Positions 35,859 to 49,400 are shown, counted from the first letter of the stretch. The stretch is 64,000 bases of DNA from Octopus sinensis (GCF_006345805.1 NC_043017.1:16864001-16928000), one strand, 5' to 3'. Translations and numbers: made by a program. The notes: a model not told the origin generated them from the sequence alone.

Positions 35859-36253
35859 ACAGGAGTGGCTGTGTGGTAAGTAGCTTGCTAACCAACCACA
35901 TGGTTCCGGGTTCAGTCCCACTGCGTGGCATCTTGGGCAAGTGTCTTCTGCTATAGCCCCGGGCCGACCAATGCCTTGTGAGTGGATTTGGTAGACGGAA
36001 ACTGAAAGAAGCCTGTCATATATATGTATATGTGTGTGTGTGTACGTTTGTGTGTCTGTGTTTGTACCCCTAGCATTGCTTGACAACCAATGCTGGTGTG
36101 TTCATGTCCCTGTCACTTAGCGGTTCTGCAAAAGAGACCGATAGAATAAGTACTGGGCTTGCAAAAGAATAAGTCCCGGGGTCGAGTAGCTCGACTAAAG
36201 GCGGTGCTCCAGCATGGCCGCAGTCAAATGACTGAAACAAGTAAAAGAGTAAG
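35859..36253 (+). mobile_element. SINE family A, near full length
   Basis: Head to tail match. Confidence 0.92.
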
Positions 36254-36932
36254 ACAATACGAATTTCCTGGGGAAAGGCAGTTTCTCAAGGAAAAAGACA
36301 GGCTAACAAAACACTCGAGTTAATTGACTCAAAGTGAGGTGGCCCTGGTGTCTTTCCTATAGGTACAATGGATGGAACCTGTGACCTTTTAGTGGCTTGT
36401 TGATGAGCACAATATCTGCACTCTCATATCACCAACGTAGTACATAACATTTGAACAGAAAAATTATGCTAAAAGTAATCAATAGAACAGGATTAGATAG
36501 ATTAGATGACAGCGATTAAATAGATTACCAATACAGGATGAATCTAGCAGTGTTAGTGGTGAGTCAGATTTGATGCTTAAGTGTGCATAAACGTCAACGA
36601 TTTATTGTCTGCCAAGGTCAATAAAATAAAAAGCTAAGTCAACTTCAGCATGTTCTGAGCTCAGTCACTAAATAGGTGTGGTCATCTTTAATGGAAAATG
36701 CACATCACATTGAAAGGATTTTACATTATAGAATGTCTAAGGTCCTTTTTTTTAATCTTATCGACTGAACAAATTATTATTCAAACTATACACACTTTCA
36801 TCTTCTTCCACTTATTCAGTCACCTGGCAAAAATGAGTAGTACCTGTTATTCATAAAAGTTAATACTCTCCCATTTTCTTATGAATAATATTTTGATTAT
36901 AAAGTATTCAAGTATCCTGACTGTTACCTACG

Positions 36933-37377
36933 AATTTGTGGACCACCTCCGCAGGATATCCTCTCTATCCTACTCTATTGCCCCCTTCTTATCCCCTTTC
37001 CCTTGTAATTTGCGGACCACCTCCGCAGGGCATCCTCTCTACCCTACTCTATTCCCCCCTTCTTATCCCCTGTCCCTTGTAATTTGCGGACCACCTCCAC
37101 AGGGCATCCTCTCTATCCTTCTCTATTGCTCCCTTCTTACCCCTTTCCCTTGTAATTTGCGGACCACCTCCACAGGGCATCCTCTCTACCCTACTCTATT
37201 GCCCCCTTCTTATCCCCTTTCCCTCGTAATTTGTGGACCACCTCTGCAGGGCATCCTCTCTACCCTACTCTATTGCCCCCTTCTTATCCCCTTTCCCTTG
37301 TAATTTGTGGACCACCTCCACAGGGCATCCTCTCTACCCTACTCTATTGCTCCCTTCTTATCCCCTTTCCCTCGTAA
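36933..37377. repeat. Minisatellite, 6 units of about 74 bp
   Basis: aatttg(c/t)ggaccacctcc starts at 36933, 37007, 37081, 37154, 37228 and 37302. Confidence 0.95.
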
Positions 37378-37392
37378 CTTCTATCCATACCT

Positions 37393-37630
37393 ATTTATTT
37401 ACTACCCACAAGGGGCTAAACACAGAGGAAACAAACAAGGACAGACAAACGGATTAAGTCTATTATATAGCCCCTAGTGCGTAACTGGTACTTAATTTAT
37501 CGACCCCGAAAGGATGAAAGGCAAAGCTGACCTCGGCAGAATTTGAACTCAGAACGCAACGGCAGACGAAATACTGCAAAGCACTTCGCCCGGCGTGCTA
37601 ACGATTCTGCCAGTTTGCCGCTTTTCATAG
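37393..37630 (-). mobile_element. SINE family B (B1)
   Basis: 14-bp TSD ttctatccatacct at 37379-37392 and 37639-37652. Confidence 0.92.
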
Positions 37631-38059
37631 TTCATAATTTCTATCCATACCTCACACTTATACAATAGCCCTAGACACCTCCCACACAATCCATTCTATC
37701 ACTCTTCTACTCAGTCCCCCTTTCTTTTCTCTTATAACCCCTAACACTAATCCATTCTGTTCCCTAATCTCTGCCGTACTCTCTCCCCACCTCTAATTAA
37801 CGTGTCCTCTACTGCTCTCTTATTCTCTCCACTACCACCCTGTTCTTATTTTGCTTACCTCCAATCATCTCCCACCTGGAATCACCACACTCTCTTCTAT
37901 TCTTACTCATTTAAGGGACAAGTTTCACTAGTGCTAGTGACACGAGAAAAAGCACCCAATTCATTCTGTAGAGTGGTTGGCATTAGGAGAAGGACCCAGC
38001 TGGAGAAACCACGCAAAAGTAGGCATTAAAGCAGGACACAAGTTTTCAGCTCTGCAAGA

Positions 38060-38250
38060 TCTGCTGCTTGACAACTGGTGTTGGTTCATTTACATCCTCG
38101 TAGCTTAATGGTGTGGCATAGAAGACCAATAGAATAACTACCAGACTTGAAAAGAATAAGTACTGAAGTTGGATTTCTTTGACTAAAACCTTCAAGGCAG
38201 TGCCCCAGCATGGCCATAGTCCAATGACTAAAACAAGTAAAAGAGAGGAG
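38060..38250 (+). mobile_element. SINE A 3' half (old), preceded by a decayed C fragment
   Basis: gcttgacaactggtgttgg...ggcagtgccccagcatggcc...aaacaagtaaaagag. Confidence 0.8.
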
Positions 38251-38847
38251 AAATATTATGTTTTAGTGTCAGCATGACTCTCAAGTGCACTAGTAGGAGA
38301 GGCTTCCTACAATGGCTGAGAATTTTAATGAAAAGCAGGAACGAAGAAACTATAAAATTCAAAATACTTCTAAAAACAAGAAAACTTAAGAGGAATTGTT
38401 ACCAACTGAGAATCAGTTCAACTTACTGGTAACCTAATATCATGAATTAATTACATCCTGAAGACAATTTTTAAAACTCAGTATGGAATCTTATTATATT
38501 ACCAGAAAACACAATGTTTGTAGCAAGGTACAAACTCCAAGAAATGGTGTGTTCAGTAATTGGTCACAGAGCTCACCAGTTATAAATGAGATCCTAACAT
38601 TGGATGTTGATACTAGAAAACTACCCGTTATGGACAGAGACACAGCAACCAAATGCAGATAGTCATCAATGTTTACTTAACAAGGCAGTCAAGAGACTGA
38701 CTTACAAGACAGCAAGAATTAGAAACTATACGAACACCAAGCCTTACTTCGTCTACAAAAAAACACAAGGTTCGCAGCTCAAGTGCAACATTAACAGCAC
38801 CCAGTTGTGTATAAGAATTTAAAGATATAAATAGCATTTATATTTAA

Positions 38848-39068
38848 CCCTTTAGTGTTCGCATTATTCTGCCAAAATTAATGCTCCTTCATCCACATTG
38901 TTTTGAACTAATCAGGCATTATCTTGTAGCTATGAGATTTTGATGAGGTAGCTGTTAATTTTTAAAATGATATTGTAGGGTAGGTGTGAGAGACCAGATC
39001 TGGCCTGTTTGAACATAGAACAGGCAGAATACTTTTGGCCAGATATGGCCGGTTTAAATGTTAAAGGG
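38848..39068 (+). mobile_element. MITE family I, complete, 221 bp
   Basis: TTAA|ccctttag...ttaaaggg|TTAA: piggyBac-type TSD and CCC/GGG termini. Confidence 0.88.
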
Positions 39069-40159
39069 TTAATGCTCAGGATTCATCTGCCATATTTAGC
39101 GCTACCGAAAGCCATCCTCAAGAGATTCTATAGTTTAGCAATGTGTCAGTGAAATAGGGAAAAAAGAGGATTTTTGGAAAGTATAAAATTTATTCAAAAC
39201 ACAAAAAAACTAAGAGAAATTATTTCTAATTGAAAATCAATGACTGAGCCCACCTATGAGGTGCAGGTATGGCAATGAAATTATGAAGCTAACTTTGTAA
39301 CTAGAGAGTTTGGAGTTCAATTCCACTGCATGGGTAAGTGTCTTCTACAATATCCAAAACCTGGGGAGTGAAATTCGGGAGACTAAAAGTATGTGAAAGC
39401 CCACTAGCAGGACCATTCTTGTTCTTGGATGTTAGATTTAAACCATAGCAGTCTTTGGTCATGAATGCCACCGCTTCCTCTGACTTAGCTATGCATTAAA
39501 AGAAGAATGTTCCAGTTCTAACTATCCTAGTCTTTTATTCAAACATAGTATGTGGCACTATCCAATGTGTCTTTCCTTTTTAAGACAGTAGGATGTAATT
39601 TAAGAGAGATTTTGGTTACTGGACTGCCACCATGCAGGGGGTACTGCATTCAAATGCTTAGATGAGTATATCACCAGTACTTTGATGCTTGTTCTATCAT
39701 TTTTGGAAGGAAAACATCAAAGTCACCCCCAGAATTATGGGATGTTACAAAATACCACAAGGAATCATTGTTCTTCATTCTACTGATTCAACCTTCCCTC
39801 ACTAATATGCAAACATACACACACACACATATGCCACTTAAAAAGTACACATGCACGCACACACACATGCACGCACACACACATACACACACACACAAAG
39901 TTTTGTGAATTAATAACATCAAAGAAGAATTTGACCGAACATACATTAATATAGAAGGACCCTCTGTATGAGTAGAGATCACTCACCTAAAGGTGAACTG
40001 TTTATCCACTTACTAAATCTCTGAAAGTCTATAAAAAAAAAAATTTTAAACAAAAATATTTCATTTGAGTTATTAACTATGAATTTGTAAATCTATCAAT
40101 TCGTAATTTTTCTCAGCACAAATGCATTCCCAGTACTAAAAAGGTTCCTTATCTCTGTT

Positions 40160-40320
40160 TTCTATGGTTTCTTGACCTGCAAGAAACAGCAGTTAAATCT
40201 CCTCAGAGCATATTCTACTATCTTAAAACAGGAAGGACACATTGGATAATGAAAGGTCACAGATGGAATGCTTTTAGTTGATGGTTCACTGGTCAGAGAT
40301 GACCAGCAGCTAAATAACAT
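40160..40320 (+). mobile_element. Old repeat family H fragment
   Basis: tcttaaaacaggaaggacacattggataatg...cagctaaataac; related pieces at about 39420-39620 (minus), 48470-48590 and 49860-49945. Confidence 0.5.
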
Positions 40321-40981
40321 ATCCACATATGATCAAAGATTAAGACACAAATACATGATGTACTGAGATTAGCCATAGCCTAAACAGCTCTGACTAAAAC
40401 TGGAGGGCTACAGATTAAACATACACACACAAAACACAGATACAAAACATTGCACATAAATTATGTGGGATGGAAATTCAAGATTTCTATTCTTGAGCTA
40501 ATGCGACCAAAGTACAAACTACCATAGTTCAATATTAAAAAAAAAAAAACTGCTAATTAATGATTACAACTTTGAAGTAAAATAAATACAACTATTTAAA
40601 ATATTATATCCTAATATGCATGTACACAATACATGACCGAATGACTGAATGGACACATAAATGCAGACATAGCAAACCAACAAGTGAATGCACTGACCAC
40701 ATATGTACAGACGACACTGATGTAAGTCATCACAATGATTCTTCAGTATCCATGTTTGTTTTAGCAAAGCCTGGTTAAGGCCACAATGAAGATCTGCCTT
40801 CAGAGCTGAATGCTTTATGTCTTTTTGTATCGCGTCCATTGTATGTCCGTATCCCAGAGTTCTTGTAGGGTTTTTCAGTACTCCTACCAGCTATACTCGA
40901 TAGATCAACAGCTGGTGAAGGCAGTTCTGCTTTGGTTATAACCTTTTGCAAATGGTTAAGATGGGATGCAAGAGGGGAAAT

Positions 40982-41192
40982 ACATTTAATCCAGCCATAG
41001 CCATCCCAAATAATCTACCTGTTTTATGTTGAAACCAGCCAGCTCTTACCTCTCACATCTCTCCTGCAAAGTCACTCTAAAGATAAACAATTACTTCATC
41101 AAAACCTCAAAGCTATGAGACAATGCATGATTAATTCAAAACAGTGAATAAATAAGCATTACAACTGACAGAATAATCTGAATACTAAAGGG
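40982..41192 (-). mobile_element. MITE family I, one end decayed
   Basis: Ends ctaaaggg|TTAA at 41192-41196. Confidence 0.75.
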
Positions 41193-41364
41193 TTAAATGA
41201 CATAAAAAACTTTGGTTAGGGTTCAACTTTTGGGGGAAACAGTTGTACAAGTAGGGTCCTTTAAACGTAAAGTATGGCTAAACAGATTCTTCCTGATGCA
41301 ACAGTTTGAATAAAAGATTATTGGGATCTGACAGTATGCCTTCATCTTTCTCTCTCCCTTTCTG

Positions 41365-42850
41365 TTCTTGCTTGATGGGGCTGGGGTCATTCGAGGTTGG
41401 CAGGCCCAGAGGCATCATCATGCGTAGAGCCGGCCAGCTAGGTTCACCAGTGCCCCACCAATGTTGTCAGTCCCATGCCAACCCCTCTGCATCCTCTAAA
41501 GTTATGTTGAGCCTCTTTAATCATATCCTGCCATCTTATGGAGGGGCCTATCATGGGGGCATCTTCCAGCCCACAGCTGCTATGTCAAACAAACATAAGG
41601 TCAAAGTAGGATGATCTGGTGGGAGACAAAGGAAATGTCCATATCAACTATGAGGTGGAGGGTTGTGGACTAATGTGTGCATGCAGCTCTTTGTTGGAAA
41701 CATGATGGTACCATCGGATGATTTCGATGATCCTCAGGGATCTGCTGTGAAAGCCGTCAATCCTCTTTGCCAGGGTCTTTGTGAGGGGCCACGTTCCTGT
41801 TCCATTGAGGAGGGAGGACCAATATATTGTAGATTTGGAGCTTTGTCTTCTGGGAGAGAAAGCAGTCGCAACAAAGGGGCTTCTATAGAGAGTGCATGAC
41901 ACCAGCAACCAGACCACATATGCAGTTGATCTCCATGGTGAGTTCCCTGTGGTTGGCAACTGTGGAGTGCAGGTAGGTGAAGGAGCTGACAAACTCCATA
42001 ACATTGAGACCAATATGGAGCAGGGGAGGGTTCAGACCATCGCCAACATACATCAGTTTTGTCTTTGCCCAATTCACCTGAAGGTCAAGCTTTGCTGATT
42101 CCTTTCAGTATCTGGTTAGTGCATCCCTGAGCTGGTCAATCAAGTTGCAGATTAGGGTGGTATCATCCACATACCCCAGGTCAGTAAAGTGGTAGTTCCT
42201 GAAGGTAACACTAGAAACCCACAGGCCTTCATCATCAGATAATTGATGACACAGTTAAAGAGGTTGGTGGTGAGGGCCAGACAACCTGCCTGACCCCACT
42301 GTTGATGGGGAACCAGTTGGAGCCCTTCCCGTTCACGCACATGTAGCTCTCAGAACTGCTATACAGCCTCTAGAAGAGGAAAGTGACCTCAGGAGGTGTG
42401 CCGATGAGCTTGAGGATTTTCCAGAGGGATGCATGGTCAACTGTATAGAATACCTATTTCTTTACTACCCACAAGGGGCTAAACACATAGAGGACAAACA
42501 AGGACAGACAAACGGATTAAGTCGATTATATCAACCCCAGTGCGTAACTGGTACTTATTTAATCGACCCCGAAAGGACGAAAGGCAAAGTCGACCTCGGC
42601 GGAATTTGAACTCAGAACATAGCGGCAGACTAAATACTAGTAAGCATTTCACCCAGCATGCTAACGTTTCTGCCAGGTCAACAAAAGGGATGTAGAGCTG
42701 GTGATCTTTGCTGAACTCCAAAGATCTTTCAATAAGATGAAGGGCAAAAATATGGTTGGCAGCAGATGAATTTCACATGAATCAGGCTTGTTGTGGGTGG
42801 TTTCTGCTTTTAACGGCAGGAAGAGCATGGCCAAAGAGGATCGATCAATC
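41365..42850 (-). mobile_element. Degenerate RTE LINE (third family), RT to 3' end, interrupted by SINE B
   Basis: LYIPFVDL / TVDHASLWKIL, GVRQ.., NWAKTKLM, FTYL.S, LLNGTGTWPLTKTLAKRIDGF. Confidence 0.82.
42449..42678 (-). mobile_element. SINE family B (B1)
   Basis: Matches the B consensus; sits inside the RT region of 41365-42850. Confidence 0.9.
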
Positions 42851-43209
42851 AATGCCCTAGTCTACTTGTGTTTTTTTTTTCTCTCTTGTACAGTTCAGAA
42901 AAGATATGTTTTAAACTTTCAAAGTATCAACAATTAATAAGTTGACTACGAAACACTCTTTATGCAAGTTAGACTAACTGATTTAATAAATTCATATTGA
43001 ATGCCCCTTAAATAGTTATAAGCTGAATCTCTCTGAGAACAAAGGTGGATGCGTGGTCTATGAGGAGATAACAACAAAATCAAAACCTGGCCGTGCCAAT
43101 AACCCATTTTCTATCCAAAAGTAGATTCAAAAGTAAAATAATTTCTTCACATTTGAACAAGCATATCCAGTTATACATCAAAGTCATGGCTAAAAACTTA
43201 CACCACTGG

Positions 43210-43400
43210 AAAAAACATAGTTACTCTGTCTTGAGCCGATAGGTTCATTTGACCAGACTTATCCAAGATATCCATGTGACTGAGAGTGCACGACCCCTTG
43301 CAAAATGGGATGTCAGATCATTACAGGGCGAATACCCAGCCACCACTGGTACTCAGCTGAGTGGATTGGAACAGCACAAAATGTAGCACTTTGCAGCATA
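43210..43400 (-). mobile_element. Old SINE family L (CORE-like)
   Basis: ctggtactcagctgagtggattggaacagcacaaaatg; related to positions 1-83. Confidence 0.5.
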
Positions 43401-43563
43401 TATTTATGTTTATAAAAGAAAGAAAAGAGCATAAGGTGAAGAGATGAAACTTATTGGAAATCAGTTACTTGTTGATTCACTCCATTGCACCTTACTTTCA
43501 AATGGGCAAGGTATATGTGGGTCCACTTCTTTTCTCACTAATTTTCATAGTTACATGATACTC

Positions 43564-43868
43564 GTGGAGGCGCAATGGCCCAGTGGTTAAGGCAACGGAC
43601 TCGCGGTCGTAGGATCGCGGTTTCGATTCCCAGACTGGGCGTTGTGTGTGTTTATTGAGCGAAAACACCTAAAAGCTCTACGAGGCTCCGGCAGGGGGTG
43701 GTGATCCCTACTGTACACTTTCACCACTCTTTCTCACACTCTTTCCTCTGTTGGCCTGCTCGCTTAGCCAGCGGGGTGGCGTCATTCAAAGGCTAAAACA
43801 ATGCGAACGCATTGTGACCAGTGATGTGCAACTACATCTGATGGACTGGTCGGTCACGTGATCATGTG
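43564..43868 (+). mobile_element. SINE family D, D2 tail, full length
   Basis: 11-bp TSD acatgatactc at 43553-43563 and 43869-43879. Confidence 0.93.
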
Positions 43869-44385
43869 ACATGATACTCAGGGACCACTGATAAACTGCC
43901 AACCAACAAGCACATAAGAATTATTTATTATCAAATCATAGTATGTCACTTTATGCTCTGTTGTTATTCATCTGTTCAACATCTGTTTTCACATTCAAAC
44001 ACAGCTTAGATGAAGAGGAAGTCTTTCAGAGAAGATTTTTTTTTATGGCTGGATGCTCTTTCTATTAACCAGTCTTCACTTATGTTTCAAGGGATATATT
44101 TTTTTTTTCATTCCAGAGGAAATCATAAGTGCAGACGCTAGTAGACAAACAGATAACAGGAAATGTCAACAAATGTTACAGGTTGCAGTGCAGTCACAAA
44201 TAGTGGCATCACCATTTGTAGCAGAGCTGCAAGGAGTGGTGCATCTGCCAGACTGTAGCTCAGTGTAGTAGACATTCACACACACACACACACACACACA
44301 AATGTGTTCAGATGTGACAGGTTTCTTTTAGTTTCTGTGTACTAAATTCCCTTACGGGTTGTTGGTTGGCCAGGGGCTATATTAG

Positions 44386-44597
44386 CGGCGGCAAGCTGGC
44401 AGAAACGTTAGCACACCGGGTGAAATGTGTAGCCGTATTTCATCTGTCATTACGTTCCGAGTTCAAATTCCGCCAAAGTCGACTTTGCCTTTCATCCTGT
44501 CGGGGTCTACGCACTGGGGTCGTTGTAATCGACTTAATCTGTTTGTCCGTCCTTGTTGGTCCCCTGTGTTTAGCCCCTTGTAAGTAGTAAAGAAATA
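44386..44597 (+). mobile_element. SINE family B (B1), internal deletion
   Basis: ggcggcaagctggcagaaacg head; cggggtc joined to tacgcactgg. Confidence 0.88.
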
Positions 44598-46009
44598 TAT
44601 ATCAGAAAACACTTAACTAAGGTGCTGCACAATGGGATTGAACCTGACACCATTTGAGAGCAATTACTTGTTGCCACAAGGAAAGTCTAATGAATTAGGG
44701 TAGTGAATAACAGCATTTCTTAATTCCTTCTTTTGAGACAATAACCTAGTCCTTCAGCATATTAAAAATAAATCATTTAGATCAACAACTAATTGTGGAT
44801 GAAGTAATGAAGTGAAAATGGAACAAAGAAATTATTTTTTTTAAAGGATTTTATAAATGATATTAATTGAAAAACAGAAATAAAAAAAAAATTACTGCTT
44901 AGAAGAGAATGATGGTAACTAGAAGAAAAAGAAAAAGATTTTCATAAAAAAAAGTCTAAGCATTTGTGGTATGCGTCAGGGTACCCAAAAGAAAATGATT
45001 ATAATACGCAGGTCAAAAACACTACCTTCAACATCAGTCAGTCACACATTCACAAGCTACACTCCAGCTAAAAATATTCAAACTAATAAATACACTCGGA
45101 TAAATTACACACCTCATTCCAAGTACACACAAATAAAAAGCAAAAAAAAAAAACAAGAAAAGAAAAACAAAAAAAAACAAAACAAAACAAAATACCATTC
45201 CTGCTAATTTTTATGAATCAGAAGACAGTAGGTTCACTAGAGAGATAAAGGAAATGAATAGCTTGGGTTTTGTAGAGGTGGTGGTGGGGAGATACGGTCG
45301 TTTTGAAGTCCCCTTTCAAGAAGGTATGTAAAATGCTCTTAATTAATTAGCTTAAACAGAAAACTAATAGAGTCAGGCCTTATAAATATTTAGTTTCGTT
45401 TGATTTCAAATTCTTCCATGTTTTTCTTTTTTTTTTTACTTATTTCAGTCAATAGACTGTGGCCATGCTGGGGGAAATTTAGTCGAATGAATCAAACCCA
45501 GTATTTTTTTTTCCACCTGGTACTTACTTTATTGGTCTCTAATGTTAAACCACTAAGTCATGGGGATGTAAACAAACCAGCATTGGTTGTCATGCACCCT
45601 GACCATATTAGGGTTGGTTTAATTCATTTTGAATTGATGCGCTCATTAGAGGGACAAAAATTATGTAGTATAGTAAAATGGGTGCTAACTTATTATAAAT
45701 GAGACATGAAAATTAAATTAATTAAAATGACACCTACAGTGAGGAAAAGAAAACAATCTCTCAATTAATAATTCTGGTGAAGAAAGGTCAGGGAGATAAT
45801 TAAAGAAGTAAACCAATTCAAATTAGGATGCAATTAGTCATCAAAACAAGGATTCCCCTTCCTCACTATAGGTGCAATTTTAATTAGTTTGTCTTACTAC
45901 ATTAAGTCAGCAACCGTTTTACTGTTTGGTTTTTATACAGCAGTCATCCCTGAGTAGATTTTCCCCCCATCATTTTCTCATTAAATATATTTCTGGCCAA
46001 TAAGGTAAC

Positions 46010-46445
46010 GAGCTGACAAAATCGTTACCACATCAAACAAAATGCTTAACGGCATTTCTTCCAATTTTGCATTCTGAGTTCAAATGCTGCTAGAGTTGAC
46101 TTTACTTTTCTTTCTTCTGGGGTTAAATAAAATAAGTACCAGTTGAGTACTGGGGTTGTTGTACTGAGGTAATTTATACTCTTCTCCTCTGGAAGCCATC
46201 TGCTCGCAATACCAGAGGGCGCACACTCTCCTACCCTGATGTAATCTCCAGGGATACAGGCATCCAGCAACAGGACCTCCGTAATGCCATGATGGACCGT
46301 GAAGTCTGGCGTAGCATGGTAAATTCCATTGTCTCGACCACGGTCGAACATGATGATGATGATGATGATGATGATGTTGTACTCAACTTATCTCCTCTCC
46401 CAAAATTGCTGGCCTTGTGTCAAAATTTGAAACCAATATTCTACT
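46010..46445 (+). mobile_element. SINE B (B2 tail) interrupted by an RTE2 fragment
   Basis: B core to 46165; resumes at 46375 with caacttatctcctctcccaaaattgctggccttgtg. Confidence 0.8.
46166..46374 (+). mobile_element. RTE2 LINE 3' fragment with (GAT)n tail
   Basis: 9-bp TSD tgttgtact at 46157-46165 and 46375-46383. Confidence 0.9.
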
Positions 46446-46817
46446 CAAGGAATTAAACCTAACACTGTAAGCTACCAAATCTTATCAATTTTACTGGGCT
46501 ACCGTTCCATGGTATAATTAATAATGTCATGGCAAATAAGGTTTTGCAGATGACAACCGAGCGATAAATCTATTTCTTTTGTCCATATCTGATATTTGAT
46601 TTCAATCCATCTGATTTTTATTAAGTGATTTGGACATTGAATATTTTGTAAGTATTGTTAATCCAAAAATTCCTTTATTGAGCAATTTTTTTCAATATCT
46701 TCATTGAGTTTTGACTAGTGCAATCACTCATGCAAAACAAAGGAGAGCAATCAACCATGTTCCTCTATGTTGAAATTTACCCATACCAAGTTATTTCATT
46801 TTTGGTCAGAGAAAGTA

Positions 46818-47243
46818 CATCATCATCATCATCATTTAACATCCGTTTTCCATGCTAGCATGGGTTGGACGAATTGACTGAGGTCTGGTGAACCAGACTC
46901 CAATCTGATCTGGCAGAGTTTCTACAGCTGGATGCCCTTCCTAACGCCAACCACTCCGAGAGTGTACTGGGTGCTTTTACGTGCCAGTTTGGTGGAACTG
47001 GCAACGGCCAAGCCCAAATGGTGCTTTTATGTGCCACCTGCACAGGAGCCAGTCCAGTGGCACTGGCGACGACCTCGCTCGAATGTTTCACGTGCCACCA
47101 GCACAAGTGCTAGTAAGGCGACGTGGTAACAATCACGGTGTGTTTAACGTGACATCAGCACGAAGGCCAGCTTGTTGCTCTGGCAACGATCTCACTCGTA
47201 TGGTACTCTTAGCACTCCACTAGCAATGGATGCCAGTCACCGA
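46818..47243 (-). mobile_element. Family C with about 3 subrepeats
   Basis: (GAT) tail, ctggatgcccttcctaacgcc, gtgccacc units. Confidence 0.85.
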
Positions 47244-47579
47244 GTTAAGCTACAAAAAGGTCAGGAAAAACTTATTTTTTCTTGTATGTCTATATCTAAT
47301 ACTGACTGAATTTATTACCAGCATCTCTCTTTTCGTTGTCTTTCCTGACCGTATCTGGCTTTAGGATTTAGAAAGAACTACAGCAGTATCAAACTGATGG
47401 ACTAAGTTTTGAACATAAGAGAAAGAGCTATGACACAACTGATGAGGAAGATGTGATGCAGTTTGGGGTTTATGGTAGGATGGGATCTCTTCTTACTGAG
47501 ACAACTTCAGGGGTGACTATACGGTTCTTGTGGTTGATGTTAGGGGTTGCAGTTGGTTCTGGATGGAATTAGAGTTAGA

Positions 47580-47959
47580 GGAAGGTGGTGAGCGGGCAGA
47601 AATGTTAGCACGCCGGGCGAAATATGTACCCGCATTTCATCTGCTGTTACGTTGTGAGATCGACTTTGCCTTTCATCCTTTCGGGGTACCAGTTACGCAC
47701 TGGGGTCGATGTAATCGACTTAATCCCTTTGTCTGTCCTTGTTTGTCCCCTCTATGTTTAGCCTCTTGTGGGTAGTAAAGAAATAGGTATTTCGACCGTC
47801 CTTACATTCTGAGTTCAAATTCCGCCGAGGTCGACTTTGCCTTTCATCTTTTCGGGGTACCAGTTACGCACTGGGGTCGATGTAATTGACTTAATCCGTT
47901 TGTCTGTCCTTGTTTGTCCCCTCTATGTTTAGCCCCTTGTGGGTAGTAAAGAAATAGGT
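47580..47959 (+). mobile_element. SINE B head-to-tail dimer
   Basis: 12-bp TSD attagagttaga at 47568-47579 and 47960-47971 flanks both units. Confidence 0.88.
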
Positions 47960-48589
47960 ATTAGAGTTAGATTAATGGTTGGGGCAATTAATTCTGTTTA
48001 GCCTCAGGTCATCCCTGATCAAGCTGACATATAAGCTGGATTGTCTCTCTCTCCAAGAGTAGCCATGAACATAATGCAATGTATAACAGAACAGTAAATA
48101 TATAAAACACAATAACATATACAATAAATTCAAAAATGTTGTCCTTGATGTCAAGCTCTCATTAACTCAAGAAACACGAAAATGATTGCTAAAATTAAGT
48201 GAATCATTTCCAGATATTAAGGAAAATGAATATGTCACCCAACATCTAGCAGTCGGAGTTGAAATACAGGAGTTAACGAAAGATCAGTGAAATAAATTCT
48301 TGCCGGAAAAATTAAATTATGTAACAGGTAAAAGTCACGAGAATCAACAAAAGTGGCAACACTTAACCTAACAGCCAACAGCAGATGTTACAAGTCAACA
48401 AAGAAGCTTTAGCATGGTCAATTGCCATAAGCAAATCTCACTGAAATAACAGCCCACTTTCTGAAAAGAAAGGACATATTAGATAATGTTGTCCTAACTA
48501 GACAACCCTAAAATGGCACTCTGGTCGCAGCTGAAATGTGTTGATCAAAGGATTGCTAGACAAGAATTGACTTGAGGCTAAACAACAAC

Positions 48590-49400
48590 CATAAAGCTAC
48601 CCCTAACACTAAATAGTACAACTATAAACCCTAACACCCACTGCAACAACTACCTCCTCCAATAATAATAATAATCACAACCATCAGCTCCTCTTCAAAT
48701 CAAAGAGAACAACTGTAACTTATCCCTAACACCAACTACACAGCCACCCAAACATTAACCACACCAACAATATATATATTTTTATTACCCACAAGGGGCC
48801 AAACACAGAGGGGACAAACAAGGACAGACAAACGGATTAAGTCGATTACATCGCCCCCACTGCGTAACTGGTACTTAATTTATCGACCCCGGAAGGATGA
48901 AAGGCAAAGTCGACCTCGGCGGAATTAGAACTCAGAACATAACGGCAGACGAAATACGGCTACGCATTTCGCCCAGCGTGCCAACGTTTCTGCCAACTCG
49001 CCGCCAACAATATAGTTAACCCAACACTATACAGCCATAACAACCACAAAGCCACCCCTAACACTAACCACCTCTAACGCTAATCCCAACACCATAGCCA
49101 CCCCTTAAACCAAACAATTTTGCACTCACTCCAACACCTGTTACATCTATACAGCTGCTTCCAACACTAATCACAGCCATACAGCTGTCCTTAACACCAA
49201 CTATATTAGCCACCCGTTACACCAACTATGTAGTCACCTTTAACACCAGCCACCCCTAACTCCAGCCAGTACAACTACACAGCCAACTCTAACCATAATC
49301 AAGCGTACAGCCACCCCCAACTCCAGCCACCAACTACACTAATACAGTCACCCTTTAACACCTAACAGAACTACTACAAACTCAACCCTAACACCAGACA
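48590..49400. repeat. Degenerate C/A-rich minisatellite containing CCCTAAC motifs
   Basis: Recurring acagccacccctaacaccaactat-like units of about 20-30 bp; similar tracts at about 49640-49790 and inverted at about 47490-47570. Confidence 0.7.
48775..49003 (-). mobile_element. SINE family B (B1), full length
   Basis: 11-bp TSD ccaacaatata at 48764-48774 and 49004-49014. Confidence 0.92.

Noticed and set aside
36933-37377. Regularly spaced repeats resembling a CRISPR array
   Set aside because: Contiguous tandem units with no unique spacers, in a eukaryotic context with no cas genes
40564-40930. 91-aa minus-strand ORF (MDAIQKDIK...) as an exon
   Set aside because: Weak splice sites, two competing frames and no recognisable homology; kept only as a weak candidate
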